A stretch of 64,000 bases of DNA from an uncultured Cytophagales bacterium. Its GTDB lineage: Bacteria > Bacteroidota > Bacteroidia > Cytophagales > JAAEPT01. Shown piece by piece: positions 9,256-19,689 of this stretch (position 1 is the stretch's first letter; each line of letters opens with the position of its first letter). The stretch lies in NCBI GenBank assembly GCA_963849955.1, contig CAWKJU010000022.1:2406-66405 (forward strand), given 5' to 3'. A model generated the notes under the pieces. The model searched no databases. It was given only the letters and a program-made list of their open reading frames with translations, and was not told the origin of the DNA. A program made the position numbers and the translations under genes.

Positions 9256-11443
9256 TGCTTAGATTTTTATAATTCGCCTTCCCCTTGTCCAAAAACTCAA
9301 TATACTCATCAATATTGGTATTAAAATCATGCGCAGCATTCAACTCTTTTAATACTATTTTTCCGTCTTGTGTTTGTTCTTCGTCTACTCCAAGAAGGAT
9401 ATAAAATGGTTGACCTTGTCTGTTAAATTTGCTTAACAGCAAGTCAGAGTTTGCCTTGCCAATGGTTATTATTTCTTTTCCTTTTTCTGTGGTATACCAT
9501 TCTTCTTCTGGTAATTTTATTTTGTTGTAGTCACCGTATAAAGCCACTACCACAAAATCTTCCTGCAAGCGTTTCATTACTGCCGGGTCGCTCCAAACTT
9601 TTTGTTCCATCTCACGACAGTTCGCGCAGGCTTTTCCTGTGTAGTCTAAGAAAATTGGTTTGCCTTGTTCACGCGCACAACAAATAGCTTGTCGTAAATC
9701 GAAATAACCCTCAATACCTTTCGGCAAGTGTAAATCAGAGGAGTACATTGGTTTATCACATAAAGTGCTCTTTGATCCGTGGCAACAATCTTGATTGGTC
9801 AGATAAAAATCCTGCGTACTGGGTGGGGGCAACATTCCTGATAAAAACTTCAACGGTGCTCCCCAAAGTCCGGGAACCATGTATGTAGTAAACGAGAACG
9901 TAGCTACCACTAACAAAATCCGAAATACCCCAATCGTAGCAATTGGACTATCACTTTTCATTCTAAACTTACCCAATAGATAGATTCCTATTAGAAAGAA
10001 AATAGCGATCCATATCGACAAAAACACTTCACGATCTAAAATTCTCCAGTTTTCTACCTGATCGACCTGGCTTAAGAATTTTAAGGCAAAGGCTAACTCC
10101 AAAAAGCCTAAGGTCACTTTCACTTCGTTCAACCATCCACCCGATTTTGGCAAACTGTTTAACCAACCTGGAAAGGCGGCAAACAAACCAAAAGGTAAAG
10201 CAAAAGCCAACGAATAAGCGAACATACCCACAATAGGTTTAATCCACTGTCCGTCCGCAGAGAGGGTTAAAACAGTACTGGCAATTGGTCCTGTACAAGA
10301 GAAAGAAACTAATACAATGGTAAAGGCCATGAAGAAAATACCTACAAGTCCACCACGATCACTTTGGCTGTCCATCTTGTTGATGAAACTACTAGGCAAT
10401 GTGATTTCAAATAACCCCAAAAACGACAACGCAAATAGAATGAAGATAATAAAGAAAATACTGTTCGGCAGCCAATGGGTCGCCATGGTAGTCGCAAAAC
10501 TTGGTCCTGCAATTTTACTCACCAAAACACCAATGATGGTGTAAATTGCGATAATGAAAAAGCTATAAATCAAGGCATTTTTAATGCCTTGTGCTCGTGT
10601 TTTTGATGATTTAGTGAAGAATGTAACTGTCATTGGAATCATTGGAAAAACACAAGGAGTCATGAGTGCGGCTAAACCGGAAGCAAAAGCCAACAACATA
10701 AATAACACTAAATCTTTCCAATCTGAGCCTTGCTTTTCATCTCCTTCGAAGCGATGTATTATGATATCATCCCAGCCTGCTTTTCGTTGTTCTTTACACG
10801 TTTGGGTATTTTTTTCTTTTATAACTTGAGCAAGCGAATCTGTAGCTGCCAACGTAGAGTCTTCTTTAGCTACCACATCGCCCATTTCTACCACTGCTTT
10901 TTCTACCTTTTCAATCGCCTTCTTTATGGGTTCTGTCTCTGCCGTTGTAGGTTTATCAACAGGCTTTTCAGTTATAATTTTTGCTTTGAAACTATATTCT
11001 AACGGACCATCAAAGGGGATACACATCCCATCGTCCTGACACAGCTGGCATTCATAGGTGGCTTTAAAAGAAACGTTTTCTTCTGTAACTTTTATTTTGT
11101 GAGTAAACCGCGCATTTTTATCAAAATAAGTGATATCGCAACCAAATATATCATCATATTTTTTCTTTGCTTTAGGCGATTCTAATATTCCGATTAACTC
11201 GAATCCTTGAGTAGATTCAAACGTCATGGTGGTCACAATCGGTCCACAGTTGGGGTCAAAATTAGCGCCATATAAATGCCATCCTGATTGAAATGTTGCT
11301 TCAAAAAATAACTCAACCGTTTCACCAACTTTAGCTTCTTTGGGCGAATGAGAAATTTTCCAAACCGGTGGTTTTACTAAGTCTTGTGCCTGTAAAGCAA
11401 AAGTTAAGCAACTTATTAAAAGCAGAACTATCGATTTTTTCAT
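9242..11443 (-). CDS. dsbD: Thiol:disulfide interchange protein DsbD (DsbD_N, CcdA-like TM domain, thioredoxin-like domain)
   Basis: Signal peptide MKKSIVLLLISCLTFALQAQ (ATG 11443); GWHLY; TM domain TPCVFPMIP...FSCTGP...LPKSGGW; C-terminal DYTGKACANC. Confidence 0.9.
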   Translation of the reverse strand: MKKSIVLLLISCLTFALQAQDLVKPPVWKISHSPKEAKVGETVELFFEATFQSGWHLYGANFDPNCGPIVTTMTFESTQGFELIGILESPKAKKKYDDIFGCDITYFDKNARFTHKIKVTEENVSFKATYECQLCQDDGMCIPFDGPLEYSFKAKIITEKPVDKPTTAETEPIKKAIEKVEKAVVEMGDVVAKEDSTLAATDSLAQVIKEKNTQTCKEQRKAGWDDIIIHRFEGDEKQGSDWKDLVLFMLLAFASGLAALMTPCVFPMIPMTVTFFTKSSKTRAQGIKNALIYSFFIIAIYTIIGVLVSKIAGPSFATTMATHWLPNSIFFIIFILFALSFLGLFEITLPSSFINKMDSQSDRGGLVGIFFMAFTIVLVSFSCTGPIASTVLTLSADGQWIKPIVGMFAYSLAFALPFGLFAAFPGWLNSLPKSGGWLNEVKVTLGFLELAFALKFLSQVDQVENWRILDREVFLSIWIAIFFLIGIYLLGKFRMKSDSPIATIGVFRILLVVATFSFTTYMVPGLWGAPLKFLSGMLPPPSTQDFYLTNQDCCHGSKSTLCDKPMYSSDLHLPKGIEGYFDLRQAICCAREQGKPIFLDYTGKACANCREMEQKVWSDPAVMKRLQEDFVVVALYGDYNKIKLPEEEWYTTEKGKEIITIGKANSDLLLSKFNRQGQPFYILLGVDEEQTQDGKIVLKELNAAHDFNTNIDEYIEFLDKGKANYKNLSNGAN

Positions 11444-11527
11444 GTTTAGTTTTTTCATTCTTTGTGCTAACGCCCAACTAACGTATTTAATTCGTTTTGA
11501 TTGTATTAACGACATCTTGACCCAAAA

Positions 11528-11553
11528 GAGCTCATTCGATACCTCAGGATGAC
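11528..11553 (-). repeat. Single degenerate GTCA-tagged REP-like unit
   Basis: Minus strand reads gtcatcctgaggtatcgaatgagctc, resembling the gtcattctgagc... unit at 33066. Confidence 0.4.
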
Positions 11554-11567
11554 TACAGTGGTAGCAA

Positions 11568-12929
11568 CTATTTGCTCAACTCCGCAAAGTTTTGGTGGAA
11601 ATGGCAGATTGTTTCAATGCCCTTCAAATAATTGAATATACCATAACTTTCATTGGGTGAGTGAATAGCGTCTTCATCTAAACCAAACCCCATTAATATC
11701 ACTGATGTCTTTAATTGATTTTCAAATAAAGCAACTATTGGAATACTTCCCCCTTCGCGCATCGGAATGGGTTTTTTGCCCCAGACTTGCTCAAAGGAAC
11801 GACTTGCCGCTTTATATCCGATAGAATCGATTGGGGTAACCACTGGTTCGCCTCCATGATGGGGTTTTACTTTCACCTTCACCGACTGGGGTGCTATACT
11901 TTCAAAGTGTTTGGTAAATAAATCGGTAATTTCTTTTGATGTTTGGTTAGGGACCAACCTCATCGATATTTTAGCATAAGCTTTGGAAGCAATGACTGTT
12001 TTTGCTCCTTCACCAATATAACCTCCCCATATCCCATTCACATCTAAGGTCGGTCGAATCGAGTTTCTTTCCAAGGTGGAAAATCCTTTTTCTCCATGCA
12101 CAGCATTAATGCCTAACGCTTTTTTAAAGTCCTCCTCTACAAATGGTGCTTTCGCCATTTCCGCTCGTTCGACAGCACTTATTTCCTGCACCTTATCATA
12201 AAACCCGGGAATGGTGATGTGATTATTTTCATCGTGTAACGAAGCAATCATTTCACATAAAATATTGATGGGGTTGGCGATTTGACCACCATACATTCCC
12301 GAATGCAAATCCCGGTTAGGACCCGTTACTTCGACTTCCAGATAACTTAACCCACGCAGCCCAGTGCAAAGTGAGGGCACTTCATTTGAAAAAATACCCG
12401 TATCAGAAATCAACACAACATCACAAGCGAGTTTTTCTCTGTTTTCTTTCACGAAAATCTCCAAGTTGTTGGAGCCGATTTCTTCCTCCCCTTCAATCAT
12501 AAACTTGACATTGCAAGGAAGTGATCCGTGTTTTAAAAGTGTTTCCAAGGCTTTCACATGCATATACATTTGACCTTTATCATCACAAGCTCCGCGAGCA
12601 ACTATTTTATTGTTTTTGATGACTGGTTCAAAAGGAGGCGAATCCCACAGTTCATACGGATCTGCTGGTTGCACATCGTAGTGTCCGTATACTAAAATAG
12701 TTGGCAAAGAAATGTCTACTATCTTCTCGCCATATACAATTGGATTACCTGCTGTTGAACAGATTTCTGCTTTATCTAAGCCTGCTGCTTCTAATTTTTG
12801 TTTGATGAAATCAGCCGCTGCGAGTATATCATTTTTGAATTTGCTATCGGCACTCACGCTTGGTATGCGCAGTAAGTCAAAAAGTTCTTCGAGAAATCGG
12901 TCTTTGTTTTCTTCTATATATGCTTTCAT
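11568..12929 (-). CDS. M20 family dipeptidase (CNDP/DapE-like)
   Basis: YGHYDVQP, ARGACDDKGQ, EGEEEIGS, DLHSG, IHSPNE motifs. Confidence 0.92.
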   Translation of the reverse strand: MKAYIEENKDRFLEELFDLLRIPSVSADSKFKNDILAAADFIKQKLEAAGLDKAEICSTAGNPIVYGEKIVDISLPTILVYGHYDVQPADPYELWDSPPFEPVIKNNKIVARGACDDKGQMYMHVKALETLLKHGSLPCNVKFMIEGEEEIGSNNLEIFVKENREKLACDVVLISDTGIFSNEVPSLCTGLRGLSYLEVEVTGPNRDLHSGMYGGQIANPINILCEMIASLHDENNHITIPGFYDKVQEISAVERAEMAKAPFVEEDFKKALGINAVHGEKGFSTLERNSIRPTLDVNGIWGGYIGEGAKTVIASKAYAKISMRLVPNQTSKEITDLFTKHFESIAPQSVKVKVKPHHGGEPVVTPIDSIGYKAASRSFEQVWGKKPIPMREGGSIPIVALFENQLKTSVILMGFGLDEDAIHSPNESYGIFNYLKGIETICHFHQNFAELSK

Positions 12930-12980
12930 AGTTCTAATCTATTCTATAAAACTAAGAAAAGCCCCAAAAATGTAGAAGTC

Positions 12981-13646
12981 TTACTCGGTTTGTTTCTTTT
13001 TCTTGAGGTCTATTTTGTTTTCTTCTCCTGCTATCAAGCGTTTGATATTCTTTTTATGTGTCAACACCAATAAAAGAAACACCACGATTCCAAACCCAAT
13101 CATTACCTCACTCGGTTTCTCAAAATTATTAAACGCTGGAAGACTTACCAAGATGGGAAAAGCTAAACCGCTAATCATGGATCCTAATGAAACGTACTTA
13201 GTCAATAAAAACACAATAAGAAACACTAATATACAAGCTAATGCAGCACCTAAGTTTAAGGCTAGACCAATACCTAAAAGTGAAGCAACACCTTTACCAC
13301 CTTTAAAACGGGCATAAACAGGAAAAATATGACCAATAACTGCGGCCATTCCTAAAGCTATTTGCAGTGCCACATAGTTGTTATCACTTATTTCAAACCC
13401 AAAATTATAAATGTATTGTGCTAAGGTCGCTGCTGTGTAGCCTTTGAAAACATCAATCGCCATCACCGTAATGCCAGGCCGAGTCCCTAACACCCGAAAG
13501 GTGTTGGTAGCTCCCGCATTACCACTTCCATAGTCACGAATATCAATTCCCATTTTTATCTTTCCGATGACTACTGCCGTTGGAAAAGATCCTATTAAAT
13601 AGGCTAATAATATTCCTGAAAGTATTACTATCCAAAACAAACTCAT
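12981..13646 (-). CDS. plsY: Glycerol-3-phosphate acyltransferase PlsY
   Basis: DIRDYGSGNAGATNTFR, GHIFPVYARFKGGKGVA, HKKNIKRL motifs. Confidence 0.96.
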   Translation of the reverse strand: MSLFWIVILSGILLAYLIGSFPTAVVIGKIKMGIDIRDYGSGNAGATNTFRVLGTRPGITVMAIDVFKGYTAATLAQYIYNFGFEISDNNYVALQIALGMAAVIGHIFPVYARFKGGKGVASLLGIGLALNLGAALACILVFLIVFLLTKYVSLGSMISGLAFPILVSLPAFNNFEKPSEVMIGFGIVVFLLLVLTHKKNIKRLIAGEENKIDLKKKKQTE

Positions 13647-13680
13647 ATCCTTCTACTTGTGTGACGTAATAGCGTCACAA

Positions 13681-16600
13681 TTAATTTTCATCCTCATCGG
13701 ATGAATCTTTTTCCTTTTTACCTTTCTTCTTTTTCTTGTTGTCCGAATCTTCTTCCTCGCTGTCCTCTTCTACCTCTTCCTCAACAAAAAATTCCTCTTC
13801 ATCCGTTGACTCCTCTTCAGAAGATTCAGTTTCTACAGGTTCTGACAATTGCTCTAACCCTTCTAGCAACTCCTCTTCTTCGCTTTTTTTATCCACCTTA
13901 TTATTGGTAGGTTCAGACAACTGTTCAAGACCTTCTAGCACTTCATCTTCCTCATCTTTATTCTTATTTTCTTCTTGTTTATCTAATTCCTCAGCGGGTT
14001 CATCATCCTCAATTACTTCTTCTTCCAGTTCCTCCTCTAAAACTTGGTCTAAGAATCCCGATTCACTTTTCTTTCGTTTCTTTTTAGATTCCTCAACCTC
14101 ATCACTTTCAAATAGTTCTTCGTCACTAAATTGATCTTCGATTTCTTCTTCTTCCTCTTGAATTATAGGATAAGACGTTTTAACCTCCATTTGTTCCGCC
14201 CCATAGTCAGTAGCAAATCGTTTTGTGAAACGGTTTAAATCTGAGTCATCTGCTAAAGCAAAATAATACAGACCTCTGGACGCATTTTTAGCTGATTCAC
14301 TTTTGCTGGCTATTTCATCATCAAACTCCTTATAAGAAGACATAGCTAACAACGAGCTTTGACTGTATGAAAAATAACACCACATGCTCTCTGTCAACGC
14401 TATGTAAATGTTTACATCCGGACCATTATTGGTGTTTTTTATTTCTACAATTCCGTCTAAATAGGTAGAAATATCATTTTTACCAATGTTAGAGACACCT
14501 AATTTTCCAACACTATGCCAAGCATTTTTATCAGAATTCCACTTTAAGTTCAAGTCATAAAAACCAATTGCAGCATCCATACCCTTAATTTGCTTGTAAA
14601 GTGGGTCATAGGATTTTTCTAATGTATTCTTATAGTTAACTGCTGCTTTGTTCTCTTGTAAATTTGCCACAGCAACATATAAGCTATCATTTTTTCGAAT
14701 TTTCTTAGGTAAGCTCAATAAACGGACACCCTCTGCAATGTGTTTTCCCAATTTATCGATAGATGGAACATTAAAGTAAACGATGGCTACCCCACGAATT
14801 TTGTATAATGAATCTAAAATTCGAGTTTCACCAAAACCTCCAAAACGAACGTCTACATTTCCAACATCAATGTCTTCCTTGTCTAGCAAATCAAACTTAC
14901 CACTGTATCTGTATTTCTTTTTACCCTCGTGATAAGCAAAAAAGTTGCCTGCATATTCTTCATTATGAAGCCTCTTTTCTGTACTCACCTCAAATTCTTG
15001 TGTAGAAAAATCATAAGTCAACATATTCTCCGCATGAAAAATAACAAAATCTCCATCGGACTTTTTCTTCCCTACAAACACGGGATATAGTTTTTTATGA
15101 CCTGTAGAATATACAATTCCAGTGAAACTGTTATCATTACCTTCACTATCTTGACTAATTGGAATTCGAACTTCATCTAGTGTATCATGCCGCTCATATT
15201 TAATCCATTCGGAGGATTCTTCCATACCTTCAAGATTCAGTTTGACATAACCATCTAGATCGAGATTTTTCTTATCCGACTCCATGGTGGCTTCCCCTTG
15301 GTATTGAATTTTTGGCGCTAAGAAAAAAGTATCTTCAGGAGAAACATTGCCCTTGGCTTTGGTATAAAGTTCTGTTTTCTTCTTCGAAATTGTTCTTTCT
15401 ATCAGCTCAAACTTATCAAACTCAATAGCCAACGTATCCTTTTCAAAATTGACAAATTGATACTTCGCATTTCCAGCAAAATTGTTTTTTGAATTGATTT
15501 TAATATTTGCATCAAAAAGTCTGTGGAACTTATTGGTAGTATCCATTACGATTACGGCATTGTGTAAGGAGTCAATGTTCGCTTTTTCTCCAATGACAAG
15601 AATTCCTTTATCCGGAATTATGCTTGCATCCACAACTCTAACTTCGGGTACCCCAGAAACAACCATTTTTAATGAATCCATATAATAAATAGCTCCTTCT
15701 GCATTAAATACTAATGAATCTTGACTCTTTTTAGTTGAATAAAAATAGGACTTAGAAATATCTTCGCCTTCAGGCATTCGCATAGTTACCGTTCGGGCAT
15801 TCATATCCCAAACACCATTATCAATAGAGGTCTTGTATTGTAAATAAGGGAACTCGTTACTCGCAAAACCCTTTTCCTCAGGGTTGAAATTGGCTATTCC
15901 CTTCTTGATATTCATATCCACCCGTACCAAATCAGAACGAAGAGCTGGCTTACCTTCTACATCAGATAAGATCTCAAACTGTGAATTCCTTCCTACATAA
16001 TTTTCTTTCTTAAAACTAAAATCTTGTGAGATAACTAAAGAACCTTCGGTCTCTAAGATGCCTTGTCCTGACATTCCTTTTGAGGCAGACATTACTACCG
16101 TTCCATTTAATTTGGCTAAACTATCATATAAATAAATCGGTGAGGAATAACTTGATAGTGCGAGACGATCCTTACTTACATTCCATTTTAACTCATAATC
16201 ATCAACGGTCATATTCGGAGCTGTGTTAGGCCCTTCATTTATCGCTTTGGCATACGCATGTTCACCAATCGCTTCCATAGAATCAGGATAGAATACAAAG
16301 TCTTTTGACTCGATGACTGCACTTCCCATTTCTATTCGTCCTTTTCCTCTCAAGCCCCGGCTATCCATCGAAATTGATCCAAAAAAGCGACCTTTTCCAC
16401 CATATATCGGATACCCCTCCTCAGGTGCATCTCGCTTAAAACCAAAAGACAAATCTTTTTGAATTTCCATCTTTTGCTCAATATCCGGAAAAACTCCTCC
16501 TGAAATAAACGTACCATCAAAGGTGATAGAAGAAAGGTCTCCGCTCATACTATCTACATCAAAAGGAGGGATTTTATAATATATAGAAGAGTCATAAGCA

Positions 16601-18846
16601 CCATTTAACACTTCTTTACCAGTAAAATAAATAGAAGCTCCTTTATTCGCATCAAAATGTGGGTAGCGTGGGTCGCGTTTTTTTCCCGATTTATTTCCTG
16701 GTTCGTCAAGGGTAAGTGTCCCCGAAGAATAGGTTAATTTATTATCAAGAATTTTCTTATCAATGACTTTGCCTGTAATGCTGTCTCTCACTTCCACATA
16801 AAACTCAATAGAATCAATATCGACTAATTGAATATCGTAAGCTGAATGACTGTAGTTAAAATTTTTCCCGATGAACCGATAGTTATTCGTTGTAATCATC
16901 CCATCAGCTATAAAATCCCTGTTTTCCTTTATTGTAATCTTTCTATCGGTAGGGTACAATACAACATTCAATGAATCACTTATAATAAACTCATCCACCC
17001 CATAAACTGTCAAATCGCTATTTTGAAGGTTTAAAACACCATTAGCTCCACCTGGATCTACCGAGCGAATAGAATAATAATCATAATCTGTTTTGTTTCT
17101 TCTTGCTAAAAGATAGTGTTGTGCTTTTTCCTTTATGATAATCAGACCTGCTTTTGGCTCATAGTCAATATAACCTGCTTGCATTAAACCAGACATGGCT
17201 GACTTCACTTGATTTAAATCTTGTTTATACGCTTTTGCAAGTTCTTCTGCATAGAATGAAAATTTATTCTTTTGATAAGCATAATTGGTTGCCATTTGTA
17301 AAGGATGAAAAGGATATAGGCCTTGCAATTGCGCATATCGCTTCAATTGAAAATTGTCAAAGGAATCAAAATAAGCAGCCACTTCATTTTTTGCACTGAT
17401 GTTGGTAAACCGAAGAACAGTATCTGCTAGATTCCAATATATGGCATCCGCTAATATTTCGATTTGATGATAACTATCCTTAAAAGGAGTGGCTTTAAAC
17501 TTACTTTTGTTTTTATAAAGTTTTAAATCTTGCGTTTTTTGGTCATAATCTAAACGAATTCCAGGGTGATATATCGAATCTCCATGTTCATAAATTGTGA
17601 CCGCGACAGGGTAACCAACTATAGAAGAATCTCCCATTTCAAAATCTTTTGCTTGGGCACGAAATTTTAGGGTATCTTGAAATGAAACTTCTATTTTACA
17701 TTTTCCACCACTTAACGAAGAACTGTGTATTGATTTTCCTTTAAGAGAAAAACCACCCTTATAGTTAATGTTTTCACCTAAATCTTTAATAACTACATTG
17801 CTCTTATAGGACATAAATCTTGGGTAAGATTTGTCGTTCACATTTTTAACTGATTCAACTTGGTATTCAAATATACCTTCAACTTCACCGTCAAATTTTT
17901 GTGGATAGGTTAATGATACGCCTTCGGCTTCTATTTTTGAGCTATTGATAAAAAAGGTGTATTTATCAAACGCTACTTTAACCTCTTCCGAAAGTCCAGC
18001 GCTTGTCCAATTAAACGTGCCTCCTTCGCCTATCATCTGGCTTTTGTCCAATAGTAAACTCGCATTCGTTCCCTTAATAGTAACGGCAGAGTCTCCACCA
18101 GAAAGCATGGTGATATCTACATTCTCGAATTGTATCACTGCCCCTTTTGCAGGAGGAATATAAGTTTCTGCTTCAAAAACTAAATCTAAAGCTGAGGAAG
18201 TAGTTTCTGTTGAAGATTCTTCTTCAAAATCGTCCATTGTACCCCATGAGTCCTCTGTAGCTTCTTCATCCCAAGAATCCCACGCATTATCATTTCCCCA
18301 TCCTTCATCGGCAGTTTCTTCTTTTACTTCTTCTTCAAAAACCTCCTCTTCAACTAATACCGGCTGTTCAACAAAATGGATCTTGAAGCTCCCTCCAGAA
18401 ACCACATATGTATGCTTATTATCAGAATAAATGGTGTCAGATTTTAAAAACTGGATTAAATTATCGTACGTTTGACTCATTGCCTTTCCTTTCGGAACAG
18501 TCTCAATAATTTTCTTTTGCATAATTATCAACGAATCAATAGCTGAACCAGTTAATCCTTTCTTATTAATTGCAAAGTTGATGATGTCTAAATTTTGTAT
18601 GTATGTTGGGATGATGGGCAAACCACCCCTTTTCAAGGCTACAATCAGTTCAACAAATCGCTTTTTCTGTTCATCATTCAACTGACCTCCTTCCCACAGA
18701 GTTTTAAACTCGGTACTGGATTGTATGCCGCTCGGGTTTTTCTTTGCTTTTACTTCTTCATGGATTTCATCAAAAAATTTACCCTGACTATAAACCAAGG
18801 AACTAGATAAAAAAATCAGGAAAATAGCTAAAAGCTTATTTGTCAT
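13681..18846 (-). CDS. Very large exported beta-rich hypothetical protein with acidic low-complexity C-terminal tail
   Basis: 1721-aa ORF; signal peptide MTNKLLAIFLIFLSSSLVYSQ; internal beta-strand repeats; E/D-rich last ~160 aa; tightly packed between prmA and plsY. Confidence 0.8.
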   Translation of the reverse strand: MTNKLLAIFLIFLSSSLVYSQGKFFDEIHEEVKAKKNPSGIQSSTEFKTLWEGGQLNDEQKKRFVELIVALKRGGLPIIPTYIQNLDIINFAINKKGLTGSAIDSLIIMQKKIIETVPKGKAMSQTYDNLIQFLKSDTIYSDNKHTYVVSGGSFKIHFVEQPVLVEEEVFEEEVKEETADEGWGNDNAWDSWDEEATEDSWGTMDDFEEESSTETTSSALDLVFEAETYIPPAKGAVIQFENVDITMLSGGDSAVTIKGTNASLLLDKSQMIGEGGTFNWTSAGLSEEVKVAFDKYTFFINSSKIEAEGVSLTYPQKFDGEVEGIFEYQVESVKNVNDKSYPRFMSYKSNVVIKDLGENINYKGGFSLKGKSIHSSSLSGGKCKIEVSFQDTLKFRAQAKDFEMGDSSIVGYPVAVTIYEHGDSIYHPGIRLDYDQKTQDLKLYKNKSKFKATPFKDSYHQIEILADAIYWNLADTVLRFTNISAKNEVAAYFDSFDNFQLKRYAQLQGLYPFHPLQMATNYAYQKNKFSFYAEELAKAYKQDLNQVKSAMSGLMQAGYIDYEPKAGLIIIKEKAQHYLLARRNKTDYDYYSIRSVDPGGANGVLNLQNSDLTVYGVDEFIISDSLNVVLYPTDRKITIKENRDFIADGMITTNNYRFIGKNFNYSHSAYDIQLVDIDSIEFYVEVRDSITGKVIDKKILDNKLTYSSGTLTLDEPGNKSGKKRDPRYPHFDANKGASIYFTGKEVLNGAYDSSIYYKIPPFDVDSMSGDLSSITFDGTFISGGVFPDIEQKMEIQKDLSFGFKRDAPEEGYPIYGGKGRFFGSISMDSRGLRGKGRIEMGSAVIESKDFVFYPDSMEAIGEHAYAKAINEGPNTAPNMTVDDYELKWNVSKDRLALSSYSSPIYLYDSLAKLNGTVVMSASKGMSGQGILETEGSLVISQDFSFKKENYVGRNSQFEILSDVEGKPALRSDLVRVDMNIKKGIANFNPEEKGFASNEFPYLQYKTSIDNGVWDMNARTVTMRMPEGEDISKSYFYSTKKSQDSLVFNAEGAIYYMDSLKMVVSGVPEVRVVDASIIPDKGILVIGEKANIDSLHNAVIVMDTTNKFHRLFDANIKINSKNNFAGNAKYQFVNFEKDTLAIEFDKFELIERTISKKKTELYTKAKGNVSPEDTFFLAPKIQYQGEATMESDKKNLDLDGYVKLNLEGMEESSEWIKYERHDTLDEVRIPISQDSEGNDNSFTGIVYSTGHKKLYPVFVGKKKSDGDFVIFHAENMLTYDFSTQEFEVSTEKRLHNEEYAGNFFAYHEGKKKYRYSGKFDLLDKEDIDVGNVDVRFGGFGETRILDSLYKIRGVAIVYFNVPSIDKLGKHIAEGVRLLSLPKKIRKNDSLYVAVANLQENKAAVNYKNTLEKSYDPLYKQIKGMDAAIGFYDLNLKWNSDKNAWHSVGKLGVSNIGKNDISTYLDGIVEIKNTNNGPDVNIYIALTESMWCYFSYSQSSLLAMSSYKEFDDEIASKSESAKNASRGLYYFALADDSDLNRFTKRFATDYGAEQMEVKTSYPIIQEEEEEIEDQFSDEELFESDEVEESKKKRKKSESGFLDQVLEEELEEEVIEDDEPAEELDKQEENKNKDEEDEVLEGLEQLSEPTNNKVDKKSEEEELLEGLEQLSEPVETESSEEESTDEEEFFVEEEVEEDSEEEDSDNKKKKKGKKEKDSSDEDEN

Positions 18847-18849
18847 ATC

Positions 18850-19689
18850 CTATTTATTCTTTTTCAATCGCAGCGAAACCCAACCGTCTTTTTCTTTCTG
18901 ATTTTCAAGGGACAGATCATGTTTTTTCGCTTCATACATCAAGTCTTCAATGTCTTTTTCATAGAAGCCACTTAAGACAAGATAGCCATTTTCTTGAAGA
19001 ATATTAGCAAAGTGCTGAATATCTTGAAGCAAAACATTTTTATTGATGTTCGCTAAAATTACCTCATAAGGACGATTTGGAATGGCTACATCTACTTCTC
19101 CTACACTAATATTAACAGTTTCTGTATTGTTTAACGAAAAATTATCTACTGCATTATTATAAGACCAATCATCAATGTCATAGGCAAAAACTTCGCTAGC
19201 ACCCAGCTTAGCTGCCATGATTGCCAATACGCCTGTTCCACAGCCAGCGTCTAACACTTTTTTACCTTGAATGTCCATGTCCAGTTCATGAAGCAACATC
19301 ATGCTTGTGGTGGCGTGATGTCCTGTTCCAAAAGACATTCGGGGGTTAATCACTATATCGTATTTATATTCCTTATCAGGAACGTGAAATGAAGCCCTAA
19401 CGATGCATTCATCACTGATGATGCTTTGTTCAAAGTTTTTCTCCCACTCTTCGTTCCAGTTTTTGTTTTCTAACTCTGAAACAGAATAGTTAAATTCCAC
19501 GACATCTTCATATTGCTGCTGCAAGTCTTTGATGACTTCTTCATCAAACTCATCAATTAAAATATAAGCTTGTACACCTGTCTCTGTTTCCTGAAAGGAA
19601 TCATAACCGTGCTGATCTAATTCAGCTATGATTAAATCTGAAAATTCAGCTGAAATTTCAAAGTTGACTTCTAAATATAATGCTGCCAT
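18850..19689 (-). CDS. prmA: 50S ribosomal protein L11 methyltransferase
   Basis: NWNEEW, INPRMSFGTGHHATT, VLDAGCGTGVLAI, LANINKN, LVLSGF. Confidence 0.96.
   Translation of the reverse strand: MAALYLEVNFEISAEFSDLIIAELDQHGYDSFQETETGVQAYILIDEFDEEVIKDLQQQYEDVVEFNYSVSELENKNWNEEWEKNFEQSIISDECIVRASFHVPDKEYKYDIVINPRMSFGTGHHATTSMMLLHELDMDIQGKKVLDAGCGTGVLAIMAAKLGASEVFAYDIDDWSYNNAVDNFSLNNTETVNISVGEVDVAIPNRPYEVILANINKNVLLQDIQHFANILQENGYLVLSGFYEKDIEDLMYEAKKHDLSLENQKEKDGWVSLRLKKNK

Noticed and set aside
13660-13679. Small hairpin tgtgacg-taatag-cgtcaca before plsY
   Set aside because: Only 7 bp with no U tract; insufficient evidence for a function.
13701-14134. Ser-rich + strand ORFs
   Set aside because: Antisense reading of the Glu-rich tail of the 1721-aa gene.
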